Positions 26,832 through 37,939 of a DNA stretch of 64,000 nucleotides are shown in pieces. The position numbers were made by a program, and so were the translations under genes. This DNA comes from Eledone cirrhosa. Lineage: Eukaryota. Position 1 is the first letter of the stretch, and the number at the start of each line of letters is the position of its first letter. The stretch covers positions 10,044,001 to 10,108,000 of the forward strand of contig OZ024744.1 in assembly GCA_964016885.1 (NCBI GenBank), given 5' to 3'. The notes below the pieces were generated by a model that saw nothing but the letters and a program-made list of their open reading frames with translations, had not been told where the DNA came from and searched no databases.

Positions 26832-28374
26832 ACTCTATATATACTATTGTATATCCACAGTAAAGGCTTTACCTCACATAATATCTCACATAACATTTAC
26901 ATTACTCTATATATACTATTGTATTGTCACAGTAAAGGCTTTACCTCACATCATACCTCACATAACATTTACATTACTCTATATATACTACTAGCAGTAA
27001 AGCCCGGCGTTGCTAGGGGTCGCTCAGTAGCTGTGTTAAAGTTACAATGTTAAGTTTCTTTTTTGGCTTAAAGTCTGTCAGCACGCCTAACGAAATTTAC
27101 AGATACATATATTTAAAATAAACTTATATAATATTTGCTTTTTTTTACGAAATATTTGCTTGTTTTACGTAGTCTTTAAATAGACTTGTTTTCAAATAAA
27201 AATATTGTTTTAAAAAGCTTTTAAATGGAAATGAAGCAAAACGGAAGCCTAGTGTTCGAACTGATGAATTTTGCAGGTCAAAATTTTGCTGGCTCGACAA
27301 CTGTTCGTGTATCGTAACAGAACGTAAGACGCTCAATGTAAACAGAACAAAGGGAAATAACTGATCACTTACGCTAAAAAATCGATACATTATATTCGAT
27401 TTCGTCAGATAGGGCGGGTCAATTTGAAATTTTTTTTTTCCGATGTCTTCGCTAGGGCTCAATGTACAAGTATAGCAATTTCGGTGCAATTCCGTGAGAG
27501 ATTCTAAGAGGAGATGTGTGCCAAAAATCGATAGACAGACAGACAACCTCAGTTTTATATATATAGATTGTATTTTCACAGTAAAGGCTTTACCTCACAT
27601 AATATCTCACATAACATTTACATTACTCTATATATACTATTGTATTTTCACAGTAAAGGCTTTACCTCACATAATATCTACATTACTCTATATATACTAT
27701 TGTATTGTCACAGTAAAGGCTTTACCTCACATAACATTTACATTACTCTATATATACTATTGTATTTACACAGTAAAGGCTTTACCTCACATAGTACCTC
27801 ACATAACATTTACATTACTCTATATATACTATTGTATTTTCACAGTAAAGGCTTTACCTCACATAATATCTCACATAACATTTACATTACTCTATATATA
27901 CTATTGTATTGTCACAGTAAAGGCTTTACCTCACATCATACCTCACATAACATTTACATTACTCTATATATACTATTGTATTTTCACAGTAAAGGCTTTA
28001 CCTCACATCATATCTCACATAACATTTACATTACTCTATATATACTATTGTATTGTCACAGTAAAGGCTTTACCTCACATAATATCTCACATAACATTTA
28101 CATTACTCTATATATACTATTGTATTTTCACAGTAAAGGCTTTACCTCACATAATATCTCACATAACATTTACATTACTCTATATAAACTATTGTATTTT
28201 CACAGTAAAGGCTTTACCTCACATAATATCTCACATAACATTTACATTACTCTATATATACTATTGTATATCCACAGTAAAGGCTTTACCTCACATAATA
28301 TCTCACATAACATTTACATTACTCTATATATACTATTGTATTGTCACAGTAAAGGCTTTACCTCACATAATATC
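26832..28374 (+). repeat. 72-bp minisatellite array 4 (~2 units + ~11-12 units, split by a Helitron)
   Basis: Same unit at 26832-26990 and 27568-28374. Confidence 0.96.
26991..27567 (-). mobile_element. Non-autonomous Helitron (577 bp)
   Basis: The minus strand starts TCTATATATATAAAA, has (ctgt)n near the 5' end and ends ...ccctagcaacgccgggctttactgCTAG. It is inserted exactly between A and T of the repeat unit (acta|ttgt) with no TSD. Confidence 0.88.
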
Positions 28375-29069
28375 GAATCTATAAGATTTTGATATTATTT
28401 ATTTTGAGAACAATACCTTAACATAAGTATGAGCAGCTAGTTATGGCTGGTTTGATGAGAAAGAGGTGAGAGAATTTTGGCCAGATATGGCCCGTTTAAA
28501 AGCTAAAAGGTTAAAAGTGTTCAAATGAGTATCCATGTTGTAGATCGTCTCATGTCAACTTTGATAAACAGCCTTGATTACTCTATCTTATTTTTATGTA
28601 TAGTATATTTTAAAGTAAATTATTAAAGGATATGATTTGAGGAAGGTTTAGCTATTGTTCCTAACAGGCAAACTCATATTACAACTACATTGTTAAATCT
28701 TGACAAACGTTTTTAAAAAGTAGCTATTGGGAAACATTTGTTCTTGCTCTTTGCGTTTTCAGCTCATATTCTGCCATGATTATTTTTGTCTTTCGTTATT
28801 TCAGGGTTGGTAATTAAAGTATCAGTCCAAGGTGTACATTAGTGAACTTGTGACATCATTGGGCAAGAAGTCCTGTTCTAACTTTTCCAGCCTGTGTTCT
28901 GAGTTCAAATTCCACCTCATAACATTGGCTTGTAGTATTACAGTATTGTATGCTATAGTGTGTTAAAAAATGTTGTAAATCTACAATCTATTCATTGACA
29001 CTACTGAGATGATGTTGAATAGTATTATACATTAATACAAGGTAGATGGGGCTCGTACAGATAACTTCA

Positions 29070-29302
29070 CTAGTGCTGGTGGGATTATAAAATACACTCA
29101 ATGAATGTTGTAAAGTGATTTGTGATAGGAAAGGCATCCAGTTGTAAAAGCCATGCCACACAATACATAACATACAACAACTAAGCCTTCTCTATTATTG
29201 TGTCTATCAGATGATGACGGATTGTAACAGGTGACAAGATATTGTGAAAGCCTTTCAACCAATGGCAACATGGAACAGCAGAAGCCAAATTAGGATGATG
29301 AT
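29070..29302 (+). mobile_element. SINE/LINE 3'-tail relic sharing the RTE 3' UTR
   Basis: gtaaagtgatttgtgataggaaaggcatccagttgtaaaa ... aaccaatggcaacatggaa ... gatgatgatg parallels 4596-4760. Confidence 0.6.
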
Positions 29303-30044
29303 GGGGACCAGATCATATATATATACAACAGATCATTTGATAATCTGTAGTATACAACACCAAGGTTGACATCGATGGTTATTTTATGGTCAAAATTAAC
29401 AAAAGTTTTTTTGAAAATCATCTGGCAATAAACTTTTTTGTTTGGACATCTTTTTGTCATTTATTATTTCCTTTAAAAAATATATTGCATCTAACTATGA
29501 GAACTGTTTTCCTGTTTGATACCAACTGGTTGAGTTAACTCAATTTGTAAGTGGCAGTCATAACACATACATAATTAATATTTTCATTACTCAAACTCTC
29601 TTCACAAAATGCATCACCTACAAATAGTATTTTAAGCCTAAGTTTTGTTAAAGCTGGGGTTAACCTTGCTGAACCCATGAAAGGTTTCTTGTTCATTAAG
29701 GGGTCATCATTTTAAAGCCAGTTTTTATGGCTGGATTGCCCTTCCTGGTGTTAAGTTTTTTATTTATCTCTTGTACACAAGAATATGGTGCACTTATTCT
29801 AAACTGGAGATTATACTTCATAAAATACCTAAGAAGAATATGTGTTATGATTTTGTGTGTAAGTACAAAGAGGAAGAGGTGGGGGAAAGTATTCTTGATT
29901 TCAAAGAGCAGCAAATAACTGAGAAGAAACTGTCTGTAAACTGTCATTGAACAGTCGAGCACAAACCATACAATGTTGATCAACATGAAGCCTCCACCAT
30001 ACACCCTACACCCACTTCAGCCCACACAACCCCTGCACTCTAAA

Positions 30045-30301
30045 GTTATGGTGGTATCACAAAAAGGCCCCCAGTCCACACTGTAAAGTGATCATGTAGG
30101 TATCATGACAAAAAGCACCCAGTCCACTCTGTAAATATGGTTGGCATTAGGAAGGGCTTCCATCTGTAAAAATCTAGCCAGAAAGTTCTGTATGAGCAGG
30201 ATATGGTCATCTGACCAAATTTGTCTCAAATGGAACAACCCATCTAACCCATACTAGTGTGGAAGGTGGACGTTAAATGGTGATGATGATGATGATGATG
30301 A
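30045..30301 (+). mobile_element. 3' end of a second RTE-family copy, containing ~2 units of the 48-bp motif and a (GAT)n tail
   Basis: Colinear with 4510-4760 (cccagtccacactgtaa, ttaggaagggc, caaatggaacaa, ccatctaaccca, gttaaa, gatgatgat). A decayed ORF end may extend upstream to ~29650. Confidence 0.8.
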
Positions 30302-30335
30302 AGCATCTTCTAAACAAAAATGTAATATGACTGAT

Positions 30336-30545
30336 TTAAACCGTTCATTACACCTGTAATTTTAAAATGATTTTGAAAATAATCAAGAGTTTAGAAGGAT
30401 TTAGTGATATAACTAACACTCTCATTATTTAACTGTTGTTTGGAACATAACTTAATAAAGGTTCTTGAATAACATTATTATGGAAAGTTTTAAAACAAAC
30501 AGTTTTGTAATGTAGAACAAAGCAATTTGGTATCAAAAGGATTAA
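30336..30545 (+). mobile_element. Old TTAA-flanked MITE relic
   Basis: ttaa-accgttcattac ... ggtatcaaaagga-ttaa; shares internal motifs with 7499-7728. Confidence 0.5.
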
Positions 30546-30842
30546 ACCAAAGTCATTTATCTTTATTTATTTGGATCAGATGGAATGATCACAAAAGCTG
30601 AAATTAGGTTGGCAATAGTAGTTACTTGTCCTTGTTCAATGATGGCTATCAATCATTTAAAGCAAGTGTTCTCAATTAATTAAAAAGACGGTGAGTTCAG
30701 CAAATCAGGAATGTGTGCTGTATTAGGAAATAAATTAGTGCTGCTTATTAACGAATCAATAACTATTGCAATTAAAAACCACAAGCTCTTTAGTGCTGGT
30801 GCCATGATAAAATTCATCCAATACACTCTGTAAAATGGTTAG

Positions 30843-30998
30843 TAAATGAGCACGAACTCTTTTCATAATACATCCACTTTATTTGTATCAATAAATGATG
30901 GACATCTGAAATTGATGAAAAGCACTATTAGGAATAAATAGTATCAGAACGCTATAACATGTTTTGCATATTGTCACACAATGATATATAATCCTCTA
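30843..30998 (-). repeat. 3' LTR
   Basis: 156 bp; 6 substitutions versus the 5' LTR by eye; preceded on the sense strand by a polypurine tract (tcccctcc on + at 30999-31006). Confidence 0.95.
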
Positions 30999-31452
30999 TC
31001 CCCCTCCAAGTCATTGGTATATTCGTTGAGGTATATAGTAAGGATTTAAGACTAGAGTCAGATATGAGAATAAACTGAATGTTTTGAAGACAGTGCCATC
31101 CTGGCCAGGTGGGAGCAATTAACGTCAATAGAAACAATAACACAAACCGAAAGGAGAAGGGCGATCACTGGGCAGACTACTCTCAGGCCCCCGGGGATTA
31201 TTCTGCCCAATCACGTGCACATAATCACTGAGCCAGGTGGGCTCCTTCTTGGCCTGGGAGGAGCGTCTTAGTGTTAGTTCCTGTGTGTTGGTCAGGGAGG
31301 GTGTTAGGCAGGGTGCTGTGGTAGGTGTTGTGCTACTTGCTTTGAATGTAGTGTGGTAGGCTAGGGGATGTAACTCTGGTGGCTGGATAGCTGGGCGTGG
31401 TGGCGTGGTGGCGATGGCTGGATGTCAAGCGTTGTCAGGTTGGGTGATGGTG

Positions 31453-34400
31453 TCATTTGTAGATCTGTAGGGTTTTCAGGAGCTTTGGTGGTGTCCTTTG
31501 CGAGCAGGGGCCCCGGAATAAATGGTTGGCAGAGTGAGAAAGACATACCTTGTTGTCTTTGTTGGGAGCGATGGGATAAGTCGTCTGATAAGGTGATCTG
31601 TGCCCTCGGTGGATGAACAGGGTGCACTTTCTTAGAAATTTCCAGTTTCGAAGAGCCACTCTGCCTGATCCATCGACGCTTATGACATACTGATCAAACT
31701 GACGAACTTCAATCACACAGCCTGTTTTGTCCCATTTTAACGGTTGAGGGCCTGTTTGATTTTGTATTCGCACGAGATCTCCAATGACAAGGGGTGGCAA
31801 TCGCTTGGTCTGTTCAGAAAGGCGTTTTGCAATCTTCATGTACCTGTTTCTGAGGGCATCTTCTCTCAAGGCAAGTGTGTCACGCCAGGTGTCATGAGGC
31901 TTGTAGCGGCCGGGAAGGATTGGAATGAAATCCTTAATGGGTCTACCAAAGACACACATTGCAGGGGATAACTTGGTGTTTCTGTATTGCAGCATGGCGC
32001 GTTGCAGTGAGTCCGTGTCTAACTCGCCGTTGGGTCCCGTGTTGTCTGTAATGAGACGTTTCACAGTTTTAACACTGACTTCTGCCCGACAGTCGCTGTG
32101 GGGGAAGGCGACTGAAGAGAGTCGATGATGGACACCCCAGTTTTTCAAGAAATCCCTGGCTGCTGAGGTTGTAAACTCACCATCTGAGGACAGTTCGTCT
32201 GGAATTCCAAAAGTGACAAATGTACGATGTAGACTGACAATTAGGCCTTTGGCACCTTCCCGAGATCTCTCTACGATCGGCAAGTGGAGTATCTGTCAAC
32301 AATGACCAGATAGTTCACCCATTTGTAGTGGAAGTAGTCAGCACAAATGCACTGGAAGGGTATACTGGCGGGGTAGGTGGAGCACATGGTTGAGACGGTG
32401 CCATCTGATTGCAGTGGGCACATTTATTCCTGAGCTCTGTGATTGCTGTTGTAATTCCAGGCCAGAAGACAGACGATTCGGCCCTTGACATCATAGAAGA
32501 TATGCCTTGGTGGGCGGAGTGGAGTGTTGTTAGAACGTTGTGTCGGAGTGATGGTGGGATGACAATGCGGTCTTTCTAGAGAGCCACGCCGTCCACTGAG
32601 TGTAGGTGCTCTTGGCGGGCGGCAGGCTAAGGCGGTCCTCTGGCATCCCTGTTTCTATCATATCCACCAGTTTAGTCATGTTTTCATTGCTGTTGGTGGT
32701 GAACCTTGTCCCAAGTAATTGATTGGAGTGAGTTGATGGATGACACGGCTGAGAGGAAGGTAGAATCTTCGATTGGGTTATCTGGTTGGTCACCATGTCT
32801 TATGGAGGCGAGTACGAGTTTCTGAATAGATGGTTGGCTGCTGAGTCCTCTGGAACCATCTTGTCTCCAGGGTCACATGGGTGTCGAGATACAGCATCAG
32901 CAGCTCGGTGTCTTGCCCCGGGAATATGGATCATCTTGAAATTGTAGCGGAGAGTCTTTTCCTTCAAGTTGCGAAGACGAGTATTGGAAATCCTTTCCAG
33001 GGATTGATCACTGAATATCTTGAGTAGTGGTTTGTGGTCTACCGCTAGGGTGAGGTTGGTGCAGCCCAGAATGAAATACCTTGCCTTGTCCAATGTGCCA
33101 GCGACAGCGAGAGCTCGCCTTCAATCGGTGCGTAGCGTGATTCTGCCGCTCGGGTAAAGCGACATCCGACCAGTGTAACCTTCCATCCTTCACGACAGCA
33201 AAATGGGACTGTCTTTGGGCATGTGCAGTGTTTCTGGAACAGCCAGAATCCTATGCCGTCTTTCGACCAATCAGTGGCGAGACATGTAGGTTTTCTGGTG
33301 TCAAATATGCGTACGCCCTCTTCTATATCACTGACAATCACCATCTTAGATTCTTCAAAGAGTTTGTCCAGCTGGTCATTCCATTGGACTAGTGTTCCTG
33401 GTTTCAGTAGCTTGCGGAATGGTTGCATCCTGTCGGCCATGCTGAAGGCGTAGGAGACTTGATTGATGAGACCAAACCAAGAGCGTATGTCGGAGATGTT
33501 GGTTGGCGTGGGAAAGTCAATGATGGCCTGGAGGTATTTTTCGCACGGTCTGACGCTGTTGCATGTGATCTCGAAGCCTGCAAATTCGACTGTGTCCTTG
33601 GCAAAGACAAATTTCTCTGGGTTTAAAGTTATTCCGTTTCTGCCGCAGAGGTCTAGCCATTCACAGGCACGGAAGAAGCTATCTTCAATGTTGTCAGACC
33701 ACAGCAAGGTGTCGTCGACGCATTTAGTCTTGTTCTGTACGTCAGAGATGATCTCATCGAATCTCCTTGTGTATCCATCACCTGACGCAATGTAGCCTTG
33801 GGGGGCAGTCAGGTAGCGGTATCTTCCCCATGGCGTGATGAATGTGGTTAAGTGTTTGTCTTCATCACGGATTGGTATACTGTGGTAGCCGTTCCAGGCA
33901 TCGAATGCAGTTTTCTTCTTGTCTGATGGTACCGAGCGTGCTTGGTGGAATGGAGATTGTGTGTGATGGGTCTCCCTTATTGCATGGGTGCTGAGAGCCT
34001 GGAAATCCACGGTGCGGCGGGGTTTACCATTTTTCTTTGGGCAGACAACCATCCTATGGCACCAAGTGACAGGTTCGCCAACTGGTACAGGTTCGATCAT
34101 ACCCAGTTGGACATCTTGGTCGAGGCCGGCCTTGACATACTTCTCGCCAGTGGAGCGGCACGGGTATTGGAGTGTGATGAGCTATAGGGGTGGCGTTGGG
34201 ATCCACCATCAGTTTCATAGAGGGCCCCTCCATAAGGGGAAGGGGTTGGTGTTCGTAGGTATTGAACGTGCTTGCTTTGTACCGATCAAGAAGGTAGCGC
34301 TCAAATTCCTCGTGATTTTCCTCTCTTGCAGGGTAGGGTAATTTGGTTGGCAGGGGTGGTGGCAGTGTTCGTCTTGGGTATTCGCATTCCACTTTGTCTT

Positions 34401-35083
34401 GGTCCTGTAATTGATGTGTTTGGTTGTCACCTGAGGATGCAGCTGCATTCACACTACCACTGACCTTGCCGATAGTTGCAAAGTTATCTGTGATCATCCC
34501 AAGTGAGATGCATCCCTCTTTACTGAGGAAGAACTTGTCTGAGTTGTCTGTGATGTATACAAGTTGGCGAGATCGATCAGTTCACCAGTGGTGTCTTGAC
34601 CTGAAAGGTGAACAACGAAGGCTCCAAGGATGGGGATGCCTTTATTGTTTGCAGCATCCTCAGTGTTACTGGGATGAGGTCAGAGGTGTTGAGTCCAAGC
34701 TTATGCAGGACCTTCACCCCGGCAAGACATCTCTGGCAGCCTGTATCAGCCATGGCAAAGAGAGGGCTTGTCTTAGGTTTGGATTTGAGGATGTGTCCAA
34801 AGTCGAGTTGATGGTAATCTTCATGTAGGACCTTCATTGTCGGATAAAGGGTATCTGATAGTTGATCGTGTATGTAATGGGCCAAGGTTATGGACTTGTG
34901 ATCTCGCTTGTATACTAAATGACTTGCTGTGCATAGGGAATCAAAGATGGCACCCTCGTGTTCTCTAGAGGTCTTGGAGGGCACTTCCCGCTTGGATCTG
35001 TCCTTGCTGCAACAAACTGACTCAAACTGGTTTTGTCTGGAACAGTAGGAGCATGTGTGACCTTGGTGGTGTTCGTGTGCCAT
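31453..35083 (-). pseudogene. gypsy pol (protease, RT, RNase H, integrase), fragmented
   Basis: PR ADTGC (34577-35083); RT DAWNGYH, FITPWGRYRY, CVDD and RNase H ATDWS (33045-34100); VDHKPL (32800-33093); [13 protein letters not shown]...AEVSVKTVK (31453-32283). Confidence 0.92.
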
Positions 35084-35091
35084 GTCCTCTC

Positions 35092-35889
35092 TTACCGCAG
35101 TAGATGCAGGTCTCTTTCTGGAGGTCTGATCCCTTGGGGTGGTCTGGTGGGGGTCATCTTGTTACGACGGTAGCTACAGCCAATAGCCTGGGCACCCTGG
35201 GAATGAAGTAGGAATGACGCTGATCTCTTACCGGCCTCCTTAGCTTCAACATATTTAAATACTTTCTCGAGGCTCATATCCTGGTTTTTATCTCCGAGGA
35301 AGTCAAGCTGGATTTCAGAGTCATTAAGTCCACGAGTGAGTACATCACAAAGGATTACCTCAGTGTAGTTCACTTCCTGATGGCAGCCCGGACATGCTGT
35401 GACAAATTTGCAGACACCTGCTTGTCCCCTAAGTCTAGCACCAAATGAGCGGACAGTCTCGTCATGGTCCTGTGTCATGCTATGAAGGATAACGCGAGCA
35501 GCCATGGTGTTTTCCTCTCGGACAGCAAGGACTCGAATGGCCTTGAGGACATCAGCTTGGGTTTTGTCTGTCAGTATGCCACCAGCGGTTCTTGTTAAGT
35601 CTCTACGTAGTGTCTCGTCACAGCACTCAAGGAGTTGTACAATGAGGTCTTTACCTGTGACTTTGGTTGCCTCGACGTAATCCGTCCATCTTGAGATGAA
35701 GTAGGACCAGTCCTCACTTGTACCTGCGGAGGAGATGTTAGGCCGCTTGACCCGTTCGACTTTGGCAGAGATGCTGGGGGTTGTAGTGTGGACTGTTGAG
35801 TGTGCAGTCAGCAGTGCAGCGATCACTACAGGCTCGAGGTCTTCTGTCTCAAAATCACAGTGTGGGATAGGGCACTTCACTGTAGGCAT
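35092..35889 (-). pseudogene. gypsy gag (N-terminal C2H2-like CPIPHC..H...H, capsid-like region), frameshifted before the zinc knuckles
   Basis: 265-aa ORF beginning ~120 bp after the PBS; WSYFISRW and Q..DETVRSF.ARL capsid-like motifs. Confidence 0.85.
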
Positions 35890-36007
35890 CTTTCACATTA
35901 AATTATACGAAACAAAGTCTTAATGGCTGCGCACACAAATTCAAATTTCACCTATATAAATAAACTTTGGTCTTAGAATAACTTCTCTGCAAAGTTTAGA
36001 TTGACGT

Positions 36008-36016
36008 TGTCCATCA
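36008..36016 (-). promoter_or_regulatory. Primer-binding-site position (sense TGATGGACA), complementary to LTR-internal sequence
   Basis: Directly abuts the 5' LTR; its exact reverse complement is at 36070-36078. Confidence 0.6.
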
Positions 36017-36172
36017 TAAATGAACATGAACTCTTTTCATAATACATCCACTTTATTTGTATCAATAAATGATGGACATCTGAAACAGATGAAAAGCACT
36101 ATTAGGAATAAATAGTATCAGAACGCTATAACATGTTTTGCATATCGTCACATAATGATATATAATCCTCTA
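36017..36172 (-). repeat. 5' LTR
   Basis: Matches 30843-30998; sense AATAAA at 36052-36057. Confidence 0.95.
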
Positions 36173-36269
36173 GTTAGCATTAGGAAGGCCATCTAGCAAA
36201 GAAAACATTTTAAACAAAGAGTTGATTGTACTGTTCTGATTTTCTCACTGATATAAGAAACACCTCAGT

Positions 36270-36465
36270 GTTTGTGTTTGATAAAACATATCCTGTACAA
36301 TTTGTAAAGTGGTTGGTGAAATGAAGGGCATCTAGCAGTAGAAAACATGTGTATATAGATGAGATATCCTCCACCACTATCCTGTCTGCCAATAGTTCTG
36401 AATAAGTACTGACTTGATCTATGATGACCTGTCCAATCCATGTTAGTATGGAAAGATGATGATGT
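36270..36465 (+). mobile_element. SINE/LINE 3'-tail relic
   Basis: tgtaaagtggttggtgaaatgaagggcatctagcagtagaaa ... aatccatgttagtatggaaagatgatgatg. Confidence 0.55.
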
Positions 36466-37130
36466 ATAATGGTGAGGTTTTGGAGGAAAGTGAAGATAAT
36501 GTAGCAATAAAAACTTTACTTTAGCCTTCCTTCCTGTTTCTTTCACTACAATAGTCTCTTTTATGGTATATAGTTGAATATGTTTAGTGAATATGATATG
36601 AATTTAGAAAACTACATTTGTTTGTAAGTAGTGGTGCTACAACTACAGTTGTAATTAGTGGTGCTACTTCTATAGTTGGACTAGAGTAAAGAGGGTATTG
36701 CGAAACTGTTTACAAATGAAGTGTCTATGTCATTCTTAACCTTCACTATTCAGCATGCTTTTGAAAAACTTCCATCAAATGTTGTATTTCTCATAACTGA
36801 GATTCAAGTCTGGGTTTCTAATTTAGAATATAAATCTATATTCAAAACATTAAATCCACATGATACTTCTGAAGCACTTTCACCAATTCAGAAAGTTTCA
36901 AAAACCAGATAGTTTGTTAAAGGAAAAGTTATGTCTAGTGTTCTATTAAACTGGAAAAAACTAAAAGGTTATTTTGCAGCCATAGAAAATTCAGGTTGAA
37001 CTAAATACAAAATAAAAAACCAGAAAATGAAGAAAATGCTCTTTGATAAAATAATCTATTTATATGTAGGATTTTAACCTAAAACAGATACAAATGGGTG
37101 GTTGGCATCATCATCATAATAAACATTTTT

Positions 37131-37260
37131 GGATTTCTACCAGGCAAAAAGCATCACTGATGCTCTCTTTATTGTGAAGCAGTTACAGGAAAAGTAGCTA
37201 GCTAAAAGTAAGCTGCTCCACCTGGCATATTTGGATATGGAGAAAGCTTTTAACAAAATG
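37131..37260 (+). pseudogene. Short RTE RT fragment
   Basis: Translates approximately as GFLP/GKSITDALFIVKQLQEK*LAKSKLLHLAYLDMEKAFNK, with a frameshift; homologous to 3270-3395. Confidence 0.7.
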
Positions 37261-37282
37261 ATTGTGACATAATCTGGTGGGC

Positions 37283-37426
37283 CACACCACAACCAGTACC
37301 AGCACCACCACTACTACCACCACCACCACCACAATTACTACCACCACCACCAACACCAGTACCAGCACCACCACCACCACCACTACCACCACCACCACCA
37401 CCACCACCACCACCACCACCACCAGC

Positions 37427-37457
<31 letters not shown>

Positions 37458-37939
37458 TCACCACCTCCACCACCACCACCAGCAACACCAACAACAACAC
37501 CACCGCCACCACCGCCACCACCACCACCTCCACACCACCAACATGAACACCACCACAAGCTCCATCATCACCACCACCACCACCAACAACAACAACACCT
37601 CCACCTCCACGACTACCTCCACCACCAACAACACCACCATCACCACCACCACCACTACCACCTCCACCAACCACCACCACCACCAATAACACCAACAACA
37701 CCACTTTCACCACCACCACCAACAACAACACCACCACCTCCACCTCCACCAACACCACCAACAACACCACAACCACCATCACCACCACCACCAACACCAG
37801 CACCACAGACCACCACAACCACCACACCTCCACTACCATCAACACTATCAACACCACCACCAACAACAACAACAACACCACCACCACCAACACCACCACC
37901 ACCACCGACAACAACAATACCACCAACAACAACACCACC
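37283..37939. repeat. Compound (CAC)n/(CAA)n trinucleotide tract
   Basis: ~655 bp almost entirely cac/caa/tac triplets. Confidence 0.95.

Larger units (their letters stand above)
8100..28510 (+). mobile_element. piggyBac-type MITE shell (TTAA TSD) expanded to 20.4 kb by an internal minisatellite and nested insertions
   Basis: TTAA 8096-8099 + ccctttatcattta on the left; taaaagctaaaagg + TTAA 28511-28514 on the right (reverse complement ccttttagctttta, 11/14 match). The 72-bp array begins inside the left TIR and runs out into ~135 bp of unique sequence ending in the right TIR. Confidence 0.72.
30843..36172 (-). mobile_element. Complete but defective Ty3/gypsy LTR retrotransposon, 5-bp TSD GTTAG
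   Basis: 156-bp direct repeats at 30843-30998 and 36017-36172; GTTAG at 30838-30842 and 36173-36177; domain order gag-PR-RT-RH-IN; PPT ggagggga abutting the 3' LTR. Confidence 0.95.

Noticed and set aside
8133-28392. ORFs of (YFHSKGFTSHNISHNIYITLYILL)n in the 72-bp arrays
   Set aside because: Translation artefact of a 3n tandem repeat.
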